Part shown: positions 35,729-44,786 of the stretch, piece by piece | Layout of the letters: each line of letters opens with the position of its first letter | Numbering within the stretch: position 1 is the first letter of the stretch | DNA from: Solirubrobacteraceae bacterium | GTDB lineage: Bacteria; Actinomycetota; Thermoleophilia; Solirubrobacterales; Solirubrobacteraceae | Direction of reading: 5' to 3' | NCBI GenBank assembly: GCA_033855075.1 | Contig: JAWVGM010000072.1 | Span: 21,750-85,749 of the forward strand | Length of the DNA stretch: 64,000 nt | The notes under the pieces: model-generated | The model's database searches: none | Told to the model about the DNA's origin: nothing | The model's input: only the letters and a program-made list of their open reading frames with translations | Made by a program: the position numbers and the translations under genes

Positions 35729-36576
35729 GACGGGCGGCGCTCGTCGTCGCCGCCGCCGCCCTGGCGCTGCCCGGGACCGCCTCGGCCGTGATCTCCCCGA
35801 TGACGATGCCCGGGATGGCCCCGGTGACGATCCAGTTCGGGGCGTTCGCTCCCGCCCAGGTCGACGTGCTCCCCGGCGAGACCGTGATGTGGACCAACGG
35901 CAGCCCGCGCCAGCACACCGTGAACGCCGACGACGGGTCATTTGCCTCCGGCGTCCTGGCCAGCGGCAACACGTTCACGCGCCGGTTTCCGACCGTCGGC
36001 ACGTACGCCTATCACTGCATCATCCACCTGAACATGACGGGCGAGATCGACGTGCGCCGCGTCACGCTGCAACCGCTGCCGTCCACCGCCGTCGGGCCGG
36101 GCACGAAGGTGGAGTTGCACGGCCGGACCGCGGACCCGGGCGTGCCGGTTCGCATCGAGCGCGCCGATGGCGCCTCGTTCACGACGGTCGGCACCACCAC
36201 ACCCGCGCCCGATGGCACCTGGGGCGCATCGATCAGCGCGTCCCAGTCCGCGTACTACCGCGCGGCCAACGACCGGGGCGCCAGCCAAACGCGCCGTCTG
36301 CTCGTGAGCGGACGCAAGATCCGGATCCGGGCCACCCGGCGCGGCGTGTCCGTCCGCGTGACGCCGGCATTGCCCGACGCGCGGGTGGTCCTGCAGCAAT
36401 ACCTGCGCGAGCGCTTCGGGTGGTGGTCGGTGAAGAGCGCGCGCCTGGACTTCGTCTCCTACGCGAGGTTCCGGGTCCACCGACCGGCGCGAGTGCGCGT
36501 CCTGCTCATCGGCCCCGACGGCTCGACGCCGATCGCGAAGAGCAAGGTGCTGACGCTGAAGCGCCGCTGGCGCTGA
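35725..36576 (+). CDS. secreted cupredoxin-domain protein with C-terminal Ig-like/beta-sandwich region
   Basis: The ATG overlaps the oxidase stop (ATGA). Signal peptide present. T1 Cu pattern QHTV ... YHCIIHLNM. Confidence 0.75.
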   Translation: MRRAALVVAAAALALPGTASAVISPMTMPGMAPVTIQFGAFAPAQVDVLPGETVMWTNGSPRQHTVNADDGSFASGVLASGNTFTRRFPTVGTYAYHCIIHLNMTGEIDVRRVTLQPLPSTAVGPGTKVELHGRTADPGVPVRIERADGASFTTVGTTTPAPDGTWGASISASQSAYYRAANDRGASQTRRLLVSGRKIRIRATRRGVSVRVTPALPDARVVLQQYLRERFGWWSVKSARLDFVSYARFRVHRPARVRVLLIGPDGSTPIAKSKVLTLKRRWR

Positions 36577-36647
36577 CTGGCCAGTCAGCCAGTCGCAACC
36601 GCGCGTGAGTAAGGTGCCTCGCGATCACCACGACAAGGAGCGCAAGG

Positions 36648-37475
36648 ATGGGAGTGCTGGACGGAAAGATCGCGATCGTGACCGGGTCGGCGCGCGGCAT
36701 CGGCCGCGCCACGGCGGAGCTCTTGTCCGAGCACGGCGCGAGCGTCCTCATCAACGACCTCGACGGCGACGTCGCCGAGCGGACCGCTTCGGAGATCGCC
36801 GGCGAGACCGCCGTCTACGCGGGCGACCTCACCGTTCCCGGCGCCCCCGACGAGCTCGTGCAGACCGCGATCGACACGTGGGGCCAGATCGACATCATCG
36901 TCAACAACGCCGGCTACACGATCGACGCGCCGCTGCACAAGATGAGCGACGACGCCTTCCAGCGGATGCTCGACATCCACACGGTCGTCCCGTTCCGCGT
37001 CTGCCGCGCCGCCGCGCCGCACCTGCGCGAACCGGCCAAGCAGGAGCGCGAGCAGGGCGTCGAGGTGTTTCGCAAGATCGTCAACGTCTCGTCGATCTCG
37101 GGCACGATGGGCAACGCCGGCCAGGCCAACTACGCGGCCGCAAAGGCTGCTGTCGTCGGCCTCACGAAGACGCTCGCCAAGGAGTGGGGCCAGTTCAAGA
37201 TCAACGTCAACGCGGTCGCCTTCGGCTTCATCGACACGCGCCTGACGCAGTCCAAGGACGAGTCCAACACGATGGAGGTCGGCGGCGAGACGGTCCAGCT
37301 CGGCATTCCCGACAACCTGCGTGGCATGGCCTCGATGGTCATCCCGCTGGGCCGCCCGGGCACCGCCGAGGAGGCCGCGGGCGGCGTCTTCTTCCTCTGC
37401 TCTCCGTGGTCGAACTTCGTCCACGGCCAGACGCTCAACGTCACCGGCGGGCAGTGGACCGGCATGACGACCTGA
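36648..37475 (+). CDS. SDR family oxidoreductase (FabG-like)
   Basis: KIAIVTGSARGIGRA (TGxxxGxG) and NNAG motifs, plus the catalytic Y-x3-K in ANYAAAKAA. Confidence 0.85.
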   Translation: MGVLDGKIAIVTGSARGIGRATAELLSEHGASVLINDLDGDVAERTASEIAGETAVYAGDLTVPGAPDELVQTAIDTWGQIDIIVNNAGYTIDAPLHKMSDDAFQRMLDIHTVVPFRVCRAAAPHLREPAKQEREQGVEVFRKIVNVSSISGTMGNAGQANYAAAKAAVVGLTKTLAKEWGQFKINVNAVAFGFIDTRLTQSKDESNTMEVGGETVQLGIPDNLRGMASMVIPLGRPGTAEEAAGGVFFLCSPWSNFVHGQTLNVTGGQWTGMTT

Positions 37476-37646
37476 GGGTCGCCGGTCGGGGCCGCACGGT
37501 TCTCGAAACTGCATCGGTGACGGGATGAGGGAGCGAGCTCCCCTCGTTCCCTCCCGACCTGAGGCTTCCCGACACACGGACCCCCGAACGACGAATTTCC
37601 GAACGCCGCCTTTCCGATAGTCGGAGTTGCGAGTACTCTTGGCGCC

Positions 37647-38018
37647 ATGAAGGTCGTCAAGCCTGCGCCCGCGCACTCGGTGCCTCGTGGCGTCGTCGGC
37701 GGAGCCGAGATCTCACAGGGGACCGCGGGCGCCGCGAACATCTACATGGGCGTTTTCCGTGTGCCTGCGGGGAGCCAGTCGCGCCCGCACTACCACGCCG
37801 ATTGCGAGTCCGCCGTCTACATGCTGTCCGGTGAGCTGCGGGTCCGCTGGGGCGAGGAGCTCGAGCACGAGCTGAGCCTCGAGCCCGGCGACCTCGTCTA
37901 TGTGCCGCCGCGCGAGACCCACCTGCTCGAGAACCCGTCCGACAGCCAGGCCGCCGAGTACGTCGTGGCGCGTGACGCGCCGCAGGAGGACTCGGTCGAA
38001 GTTCCCTGGGCGCGCTGA
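37647..38018 (+). CDS. cupin domain protein
   Basis: PHYHADCESAVYMLSGEL...GDLVYVPPRETHLLEN are the two cupin motifs. Confidence 0.75.
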   Translation: MKVVKPAPAHSVPRGVVGGAEISQGTAGAANIYMGVFRVPAGSQSRPHYHADCESAVYMLSGELRVRWGEELEHELSLEPGDLVYVPPRETHLLENPSDSQAAEYVVARDAPQEDSVEVPWAR

Positions 38019-38125
38019 GCGCGTACGGACCGGCTCGAGCTCGCGCAGATAGACGAGCGAGCGCTCGATGTGGCCCTGGTCGCGTCGACCGCGCCGTCGC
38101 GGTACGACGGGTGCGCTGACGGCGG

Positions 38126-38938
38126 CTACTGGGCCGCCCACAAACGCTGCTTCTTGCCGCGCCGCTCGATGCGGCGCTGCTCGCGCACGCGCTGCAGGAC
38201 GCCCTTGCGCCCGAGGGTCTCCAAGCCGGAGTGCAGGACGCGGATCTCGCTGAAGATGTCCTCGGCGACGGCCATCTGCTGGTCGCGCGTCGGGTCCTCG
38301 ACGCGCTCGTAGCGGATCGGGTCGCCGTACTGCAGCGTCACTTTCGGAAACTGCCCGCGCTTGTAGTTGCGCACCTGGGCCGAGCCGTGGATCGCGACCG
38401 GCACGATCGGGACGCCGGACTCCAGGGCGAGACGCCCGATGCCGGGCTTCGGCCGGTCGGCGAGGCTGCCGTCGCGCGAGCGCCCGCCCTCGCAGTACAT
38501 CGCCAGGGCGCCTCCGCGGTCGAGGATCGCGCGCGCGGTGATGAACGCCTCCTCGTCGCGATGGCCGCGACGGATCGGGAACACTCCGCCGTGCGAGTAC
38601 ACCCACTGCGCGGGCGGCTGGAAGAGCTGTGACTTGGCCATGAAGCGGACCTTGCGCCGGGTGAACGCGCCGAGGAAGAAGTGATCCATGAACGAGCCGT
38701 GGTTCGGCGCGAAGATCAGCGGGCCGCTCTGCGGGACCTTCTCGCTGGAGATCGACCGCGCGCGGAAGAACGTGAACGCCCACAGCATCGTCGTGATGCG
38801 CACGGCCTCGTAGGCGGCGTCGGGCTCCTGAGTGCGCGAGCGCTCGTGGAATTGCGCGAAGTGCTCCGCTGGCCGCTCGTCGCGGAAGTTGCCCTCGGAC
38901 ATGGCGGCGATCTGCTCGCTGCGCTTCATCCTCGCCAT
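38126..38938 (-). CDS. plsC: 1-acyl-sn-glycerol-3-phosphate (lysophospholipid) acyltransferase
   Basis: Motifs FAPNHGSFMDHF (NHxxxxD) and YCEGGRSRDG. Confidence 0.8.
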   Translation of the reverse strand: MARMKRSEQIAAMSEGNFRDERPAEHFAQFHERSRTQEPDAAYEAVRITTMLWAFTFFRARSISSEKVPQSGPLIFAPNHGSFMDHFFLGAFTRRKVRFMAKSQLFQPPAQWVYSHGGVFPIRRGHRDEEAFITARAILDRGGALAMYCEGGRSRDGSLADRPKPGIGRLALESGVPIVPVAIHGSAQVRNYKRGQFPKVTLQYGDPIRYERVEDPTRDQQMAVAEDIFSEIRVLHSGLETLGRKGVLQRVREQRRIERRGKKQRLWAAQ

Positions 38939-38947
38939 ACAGAGACC

Positions 38948-40447
38948 TTACCCCTGCGCCCAACCGCGAGCACGCGTGACGGCGCGCCGCCACTGCTCGA
39001 TGAGCCCGGCCCGCTCGTCCTCCCCCATGCGCGGCTCGTATCGGGCCCGCTCCCCCTCGCGCCGGGCGACGTCGGCCTGGGTCCACGCGCCGACGCCGAC
39101 GCCCGCAAGGAGCGCGGCCCCGAGCGCCGTCGTCTCGGGCAGCTTGGCGATGGCGATCGGGACGCCCAGCACGTCGGCCTGGAACTGCATGAGCCAGCCG
39201 TTCACCGTCGCGCCGCCGTCGGCGCGCAGTTCGGCGAGCGTCTCGCCCGACGCGCGCTCCATCGCGTCGACGGCGTCCACCGTCTGAAAGGCCATCGCCT
39301 CGAGCGTCGCGCGCGCGAGGTGCGCCCGCGTGCTGCCGCGGGTCAGGCCGACGATCGTCCCGCGCGCGTAGGGATCCCAGTGCGGCGAGCCCAGGCCGGT
39401 GAGCGCGGGGACGAAGTAGACGCCGTCGTTCGAGGCAAGCGACGCCGCGAGCGCCTCTGTGTCGGAGGCCTGCTCGATGATGCCCAGGCCGTCGCGCAGC
39501 CACTGCACGCCTGCGCCGGTCACGAAGATCGCCGCCTCCAGCGCGTAGATCGTCCGATGGGTGGGCGGGGTTCCTATTCCCCAAGCCACCGTGACCAGCA
39601 GCCCGGGCGGGCGCGGCGTCGGGGCCACATCGCCGGCGTTCAGCAGCACGAACGAGCCCGTGCCGTACGTGTTCTTGCCGATCCCCGGGTCCAGGCAGCC
39701 CTGCCCGTAGAGCGCCGCCTGTTGATCGCCCGCGATTCCGGTCACCGGCACGCCGTCGTGGCCGTCGAGGGCGCCCGCGCGCAACGTGCCGAACTCGCCG
39801 ATGGAAGGGCGCACCGGCGGCAGTGCGGTGCGGGGGATGTCGCCGAACAGCGCGAGCAGCTCGTCGTCCCAGTCACCGGCCTCGATGTCGTACAGCAGCG
39901 TCCGCGACGCGTTGCTTTGGTCGGTGACGTACTCGCCGGTGAGCTTGAAGACGAGCCACGAGTCGACCGTCCCGAACACCGCCGAGCCCTCCGCGCACCG
40001 TTCGCGCAGGCCGTCGACGTGCTCGAGCAGCCACTCGATCTTCGTGGCGCTGAAGTACGGATCGAGGACGAGGCCGGTGCGGGTGCGCACGAGCGGCTCG
40101 TGGCCCGCGTCGCGCAGTGCGTCGCAGCGCGCGGCCGTGCGCCGGTCCTGCCAGACGAGCGCACGGTGCAGCGGCTCGCCGCTGCGCGGGTCCCAGACGC
40201 AGATCGTCTCGCGCTGGTTCGTGATCCCGATCGCCTGGAGGTCGCCCGGGCCGGCGCCCGCGTCGTCGAGCGCCGCGAGCGCGACCGCGCGGGAGACGTC
40301 CCAGATCTCGGTTGCGTCGTGCTCGACCCACCCGGGTCGCGGAAAGTGCTGCTCGAACTCGCGGTAGGCGCGGCCGGCCAGCTGCGCCGCACCGTCGAAG
40401 ACCAGACACGTCGTGCCGGTCGTCCCCTGGTCGATGGCGAGGATCAC
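38948..40447 (-). CDS. glpK: glycerol kinase
   Basis: The GTG at 40447 gives VILAIDQGTTGTTCLVFD...GWVEHDATEIW...GITNQRET...WQDRRT, which are canonical GlpK blocks. Confidence 0.9.
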   Translation of the reverse strand: MILAIDQGTTGTTCLVFDGAAQLAGRAYREFEQHFPRPGWVEHDATEIWDVSRAVALAALDDAGAGPGDLQAIGITNQRETICVWDPRSGEPLHRALVWQDRRTAARCDALRDAGHEPLVRTRTGLVLDPYFSATKIEWLLEHVDGLRERCAEGSAVFGTVDSWLVFKLTGEYVTDQSNASRTLLYDIEAGDWDDELLALFGDIPRTALPPVRPSIGEFGTLRAGALDGHDGVPVTGIAGDQQAALYGQGCLDPGIGKNTYGTGSFVLLNAGDVAPTPRPPGLLVTVAWGIGTPPTHRTIYALEAAIFVTGAGVQWLRDGLGIIEQASDTEALAASLASNDGVYFVPALTGLGSPHWDPYARGTIVGLTRGSTRAHLARATLEAMAFQTVDAVDAMERASGETLAELRADGGATVNGWLMQFQADVLGVPIAIAKLPETTALGAALLAGVGVGAWTQADVARREGERARYEPRMGEDERAGLIEQWRRAVTRARGWAQG

Positions 40448-40701
40448 GCCGCCGAGTCTGCCATCCGCGCGAGCGTGACCGGGGACCCAAGGAGGATCGG
40501 ACCCCGGCCACCTCTCGCACACGCTGGGCGGTAGTCACGTCGGAGAAGCAACACGTGCCGCCTGTCGCCGCCGGCGACGGGAATGACCGCCGACGGTGCT
40601 GTCTTCACCGTAGGAGGGCGGCGACGACGTTCCCTCCGACGCGAGTCCAAAGCTGCGCGGAGCCGTTTGGACCGGTCGTCGAAATGAGATCCGGCGCGCC
40701 C

Positions 40702-41133
40702 TCACACACTGCCGGTCAGGCCGTCGCGGGCGGATCGGATCGCAGCGGCGGCCGGCTGCACCTGATGGTTCGTCAGCCACTCCCACTCCAGGGATCTTCC
40801 GTCACACAGGTCCACGACGAGCGCGCGGGTCGTGAAGAGGACGTCCCCGCCGCGGCCGCGCTCGACGACATCGAGAACGTCGGTCAGTGCGATCTCGCGG
40901 ATCGCGGCGCTGACACCGGCGCCGTGCGTGCGCTGGTCGAGGATCCGCCGCGACGTGACGGTCAGCTGGGCGATCGGGCCCCACTTCTCGCCGTTGTCCG
41001 GCCAGCCGCAGGCGAACAGGACGGCCTCGCCGGGCGTAAGCGCCGCGAGGAGCTGCTCGACGTACGCCGGGTCGGGATCGTCGCCCGCGGTGCCCGCGCG
41101 GTAGAGCTCGGCGATGGTCTCGGCGGTCTCCAC
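40702..41133 (-). CDS. hypothetical protein
   Basis: The GTG at 41133 lies 5 nt after the upstream stop. Soluble and protein-like, with no family recognised. Confidence 0.5.
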   Translation of the reverse strand: METAETIAELYRAGTAGDDPDPAYVEQLLAALTPGEAVLFACGWPDNGEKWGPIAQLTVTSRRILDQRTHGAGVSAAIREIALTDVLDVVERGRGGDVLFTTRALVVDLCDGRSLEWEWLTNHQVQPAAAAIRSARDGLTGSV

Positions 41134-41138
41134 CGGGC

Positions 41139-41822
41139 TCAGCGCCGGCTGACGTAGACGGCGAGGAAGTCGACGAGCTGGCGCCCGCGATGGACGAAGC
41201 CGCGCCACGTGCGCCCGGTCGCGCGATGCGCGAGGTCGAGCTCGAGCTCCTCGACGCGGAAACCCGCACGCGCGGCATCGACCGTCATCCCGATCTCCAT
41301 GCCGAAGCGCGGCGCGAACGGCACGACGACCGCGAACGCCGGGCCGCTGAGGGCGCGCTGGCCCGAGATCGGCGCCTTCAGGTCGAGGCCCGTGAGGCTG
41401 CGGATCGCGCGGTGCGCGAAACCGACCGCGAGGCCGAAGCCGCCGCCGACGCGCGAGGCGAAGACGGCGACCGCGACGTCGCAGCGATCCGCGCGCACCG
41501 CGTCGGCGAGCGCGGTGAGCTGCGCCGCGCTGTCGGCGAGATCGCCGTCGACGAGCACGAAGACCGGCGGGTCGGGCTCGAGCGCGCGGCTCAGGACGCG
41601 GCGCGCGGCGAGCGTCGCCGCGCCGCCCTTGCCGATCACCCGCTCGCTGCGGACGACCTCGACGCCGGCGTCGTAGGCGACCTGCGCCGTCGCATCGGTG
41701 GAGCCGTCGTCGGCGACGAGGACGCGCGCGCCCGGGAACGCGGTGGCGAGCGCGGCCAGCGTGTCTCCCAGCCTGTCGGCCTCCTCGTGCGCGGTGACGA
41801 TGACGATCGTGTCGGCGTCCAT
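41139..41822 (-). CDS. glycosyltransferase family 2 (small, soluble GT-A)
   Basis: ATG at 41822. TIVIVTAHEEADRLGDTL...VLVADDGSTDAT...GKGGA...VLVDGDL. Confidence 0.7.
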   Translation of the reverse strand: MDADTIVIVTAHEEADRLGDTLAALATAFPGARVLVADDGSTDATAQVAYDAGVEVVRSERVIGKGGAATLAARRVLSRALEPDPPVFVLVDGDLADSAAQLTALADAVRADRCDVAVAVFASRVGGGFGLAVGFAHRAIRSLTGLDLKAPISGQRALSGPAFAVVVPFAPRFGMEIGMTVDAARAGFRVEELELDLAHRATGRTWRGFVHRGRQLVDFLAVYVSRR

Positions 41823-41876
41823 ACCGGCGGCTACTCTGCCAGAGCGCCGGGCGAGCAAACGAGGAGGTGAGCGGTT

Positions 41877-42089
41877 GTGATCGAAGTCGAGGCCCACATC
41901 ACGGGGATCGTCTGGAAGGTCGACTGCAAGGTCGGCGACGTGATCGAGGAGGGCGACACCGTCATCACGCTCGAATCGATGAAGATGGAGATGCCGGTCG
42001 AGGCGGAGGATCCCGGCGTCGTGAAGGAGATCCGGTGCGAGGAAGGTCAGCCCGTCGACGAGGGCGACGTCCTCGTCGTCCTCGAATAG
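41877..42089 (+). CDS. free-standing biotinyl/lipoyl carrier domain protein (70 aa, BCCP-like)
   Basis: VITLESMKMEMPVEA contains the biotinylation motif (E)SMKM. The size and architecture resemble small actinobacterial biotinylated proteins. Confidence 0.8.
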   Translation: MIEVEAHITGIVWKVDCKVGDVIEEGDTVITLESMKMEMPVEAEDPGVVKEIRCEEGQPVDEGDVLVVLE

Positions 42090-42176
42090 AGCCCCGGGCA
42101 GCGAAAATCGAGCTTGCGCTAAGTCGATATAGAGATAGTTCTAACCCTGTCTCGGGACGGTACGGTCTGCCCGAAT

Positions 42177-42962
42177 ATGCCGGGGGAACTGCGCATCGAT
42201 CAGCCGGCGAATGGGGTTCTGCGACTGGCCATCTCGAACCCCGCAAAACGTAACGCGCTCGATTTCGCGATCCTCGACCAGATCACGCACGCGCTGAGTT
42301 CCTTGGACGGGGTGCGCTGCGTCATCCTCACCGGCAGAGACGGGATGTTCTCGTCGGGATATGACATCGGCGAGATCCCCGAGGAGCTCTTCGCGCAGGA
42401 GGCCGAGAAGCTCGTCGCCCACCCGTTCACCGAGGCGCTCGCGGCCTTTGACTCCGTGGAGGTCCCGACCGTCGCCGCGCTCGGCGGGCCGACCATCGGC
42501 GGCGGCCTCGAGCTGTCGCTCGGCTGCGACGTGCGCATCGCCCACGACGGCATCCGGCTCGGCATGCCGCCGGCGAAGCTCGGCCTCGTCTACTCGCACA
42601 CCGGGCTGCGGCGCTTCCTCAACGCGATCGGCGAGCCGCGCACGCGCGAGCTGTTTCTCCTCGGCCGCTACATCGACGCGCCGACCGCGCTGATGTGGGG
42701 ACTCGTCAACTGGGTCGTCCCCCCAGAGGAGCTCGAGCAGGCGTCGATCGAGCTCGCCTCGCAGCTGGCCGCGAACGCCCCGCTGTCGATGGCCGGCAAC
42801 AAGCGCGTCCTGCGCGAGCTGCTGTGCAGCGAGGCCGCGCTCGACCCCGACATCGAGCGCGAGCTCATCGCGCTGCGCAAGGCGAGCTTCCACACGGACG
42901 ACATGAAGGAGGGTGTCATGGCGTTCGCGGAGAAGCGGCCGCCGCGGTGGACCGGGCGCTGA
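42177..42962 (+). CDS. enoyl-CoA hydratase/isomerase (crotonase) family protein
   Basis: ISNPAKRNAL..., FSSGYDI, ALGGPTIGGGLELSLGCDVRIA and the C-terminus FAEKRPPRWTGR. Confidence 0.85.
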   Translation: MPGELRIDQPANGVLRLAISNPAKRNALDFAILDQITHALSSLDGVRCVILTGRDGMFSSGYDIGEIPEELFAQEAEKLVAHPFTEALAAFDSVEVPTVAALGGPTIGGGLELSLGCDVRIAHDGIRLGMPPAKLGLVYSHTGLRRFLNAIGEPRTRELFLLGRYIDAPTALMWGLVNWVVPPEELEQASIELASQLAANAPLSMAGNKRVLRELLCSEAALDPDIERELIALRKASFHTDDMKEGVMAFAEKRPPRWTGR

Positions 42963-43040
42963 GGCTTTACGCCCGCGGTCGACGAAACAGCATCGATAAA
43001 GGATGGGGATGAGGAAGCGGAAGCGCCCGGCGGGCACGAA

Positions 43041-43077
43041 TGTCGGATTGTGCTCGATATCCGAGCACAATCCGACA
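43041..43077. repeat. perfect 16-bp inverted repeat with 5-nt spacer (TGTCGGATTGTGCTCG-ATATC-CGAGCACAATCCGACA)
   Basis: Checked base by base: 43041-43056 pairs with 43062-43077. It is relatively AT-rich within a 300-bp intergenic region. Confidence 0.9.
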
Positions 43078-43262
43078 CGCTGACCCTCCCGAAAGGTGAG
43101 TGGCGATTGCGCGTCGCTGTAGGACCTCAGACCGCGACTCGCCTCGCGATCCGCCGAGGCGACGGCTCGCTCACTCCTTCATCGCTGCTGTTCGTGAACC
43201 GCGCGCCCGGACGGTGAGCCTCCTCACACCCCACCCTCCGCCCCGTAGGAGAGACTGCGCCC

Positions 43263-44786
43263 ATGGCCATCACTCCCCTCGTTCTCTTCGGCCGGGTCGT
43301 CACGTTCGACGACGACTCGACCGTCATCGACGACGGCGCGGTCTACATCGGCGCCGACGAGCTCATCGCCGCCGTGCAGGAGCGCGGCGCGCCCGCGCCC
43401 GCGGGCTTCGACGGACCGTCGGTCCTCGAGACCGGCGGCACGATCTACCCGGGTCTCATCGACCTGCACAACCACATCGCCTACAACACGCTGCCGGTCT
43501 GGGCCTCGCCGACGCGGCCCGCGGACAAGCCGTGGGAGCGGCGCGACCAGTGGCCCGACGACCCGGACTACAAGCCGAGCATCTCGCTGCCCGCCAACGC
43601 GTACTGCAAGATCGCCGGCGAGGCGGTCCTGAAGTACGTCGAGTGCAAGGCGGTCATCGGCGGCACGACGGCGATCCAGGGCTCGGCGAAGGTGCCCAAC
43701 TACGACGGCTGGCTCGTGCGCAACATCGAGGAGGAGACGTTCAAGACCGGGGACAAGTCGGTGCGCCAGTCGGTGCGTGGGCTCGGCTCCGACGAGGACT
43801 TCGCCAAGTACCGCGCGGCGATGGTCGACGACAAGGACTCGTTCATCTACCACCTGTCGGAGGGCAGCAGCCCGACGCTGGTCAAGGAGTTCGACGCGCT
43901 GAAGTCGCACGACTGCATCAACGAGCGGCTCATCGCGATCCACTGCACCGCGCTCGACGAGACCCAGTTCGAGGCCTGGAACCCGGAGAGCACGGTCGTC
44001 TGGTCGCCGTTCTCGAACCTGTGGCTCTACGGCTCCACGACGCGGGTCGTCAAGGCGCGCGACGCCGGGCTGCGCGTCTGTCTGGGCACGGACTGGGCGC
44101 CGTCGGGGTCGAAGAACCTGCTCGGCGAGCTGAAGGTCGCCGACGTCGCCAATCGCCGCCTCTTCGACAGCGCGTTCAGCGACGAGGAGTTGTGCCGCAT
44201 GGCGACCTCCAACCCCGCGGACGCGCTCGCCTGGGGGGACCGTCTCGGCCGTCTGAAGGAGGGGCTGCACGGCGATGTCCTCGTCACGACGACGCGGGCG
44301 GAGGACCCCTACCGCAACCTCATCACCGCGGTCGAGCGCGACGTCCTGTTCGTCGCGATCAACGGCTATCCGTTCTACGGGACCAACGAGCTCATGGGCG
44401 CGTCAGCGGCCACGAACGCCGAGCCGATCCGCATCGGCGACGAGAGCCGCTCGATCGTGCTCATCTACGAGGGATACCCGGACGCGGACATGTCCTGGAC
44501 CGAGGTCCGCCACGAGCTCGACAGCGCGCGTGGCGACCCCAGGCGCCACGAAACGGAGCGCCGGGGCGCGCGCCCGCGCGGGCGCGAGGTCCGCATGATC
44601 CCGGACAAGCCGTGGGACGAGAAGGTCTCCCGTGAGGTCACGCCGCCGACACTCGACACGATCGCGCTCCCCGAGCCCGACGCGCTGACACACGACAAGG
44701 CGTTCTTCCGCGCGGTCGAGCACCTCGGCTTCCACAAGGGCCTGCTGAACGAGCTGCGCGGCTACTACGACCGAGGCCAGGAGTGA
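43263..44786 (+). CDS. amidohydrolase superfamily protein (metal-dependent hydrolase/deaminase-like)
   Basis: ATG preceded by AGGAGAG. The N-terminal beta-strand is followed by PGLIDLHNHIAYN (HxH metal motif). 507 aa. Confidence 0.75.
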   Translation: MAITPLVLFGRVVTFDDDSTVIDDGAVYIGADELIAAVQERGAPAPAGFDGPSVLETGGTIYPGLIDLHNHIAYNTLPVWASPTRPADKPWERRDQWPDDPDYKPSISLPANAYCKIAGEAVLKYVECKAVIGGTTAIQGSAKVPNYDGWLVRNIEEETFKTGDKSVRQSVRGLGSDEDFAKYRAAMVDDKDSFIYHLSEGSSPTLVKEFDALKSHDCINERLIAIHCTALDETQFEAWNPESTVVWSPFSNLWLYGSTTRVVKARDAGLRVCLGTDWAPSGSKNLLGELKVADVANRRLFDSAFSDEELCRMATSNPADALAWGDRLGRLKEGLHGDVLVTTTRAEDPYRNLITAVERDVLFVAINGYPFYGTNELMGASAATNAEPIRIGDESRSIVLIYEGYPDADMSWTEVRHELDSARGDPRRHETERRGARPRGREVRMIPDKPWDEKVSREVTPPTLDTIALPEPDALTHDKAFFRAVEHLGFHKGLLNELRGYYDRGQE

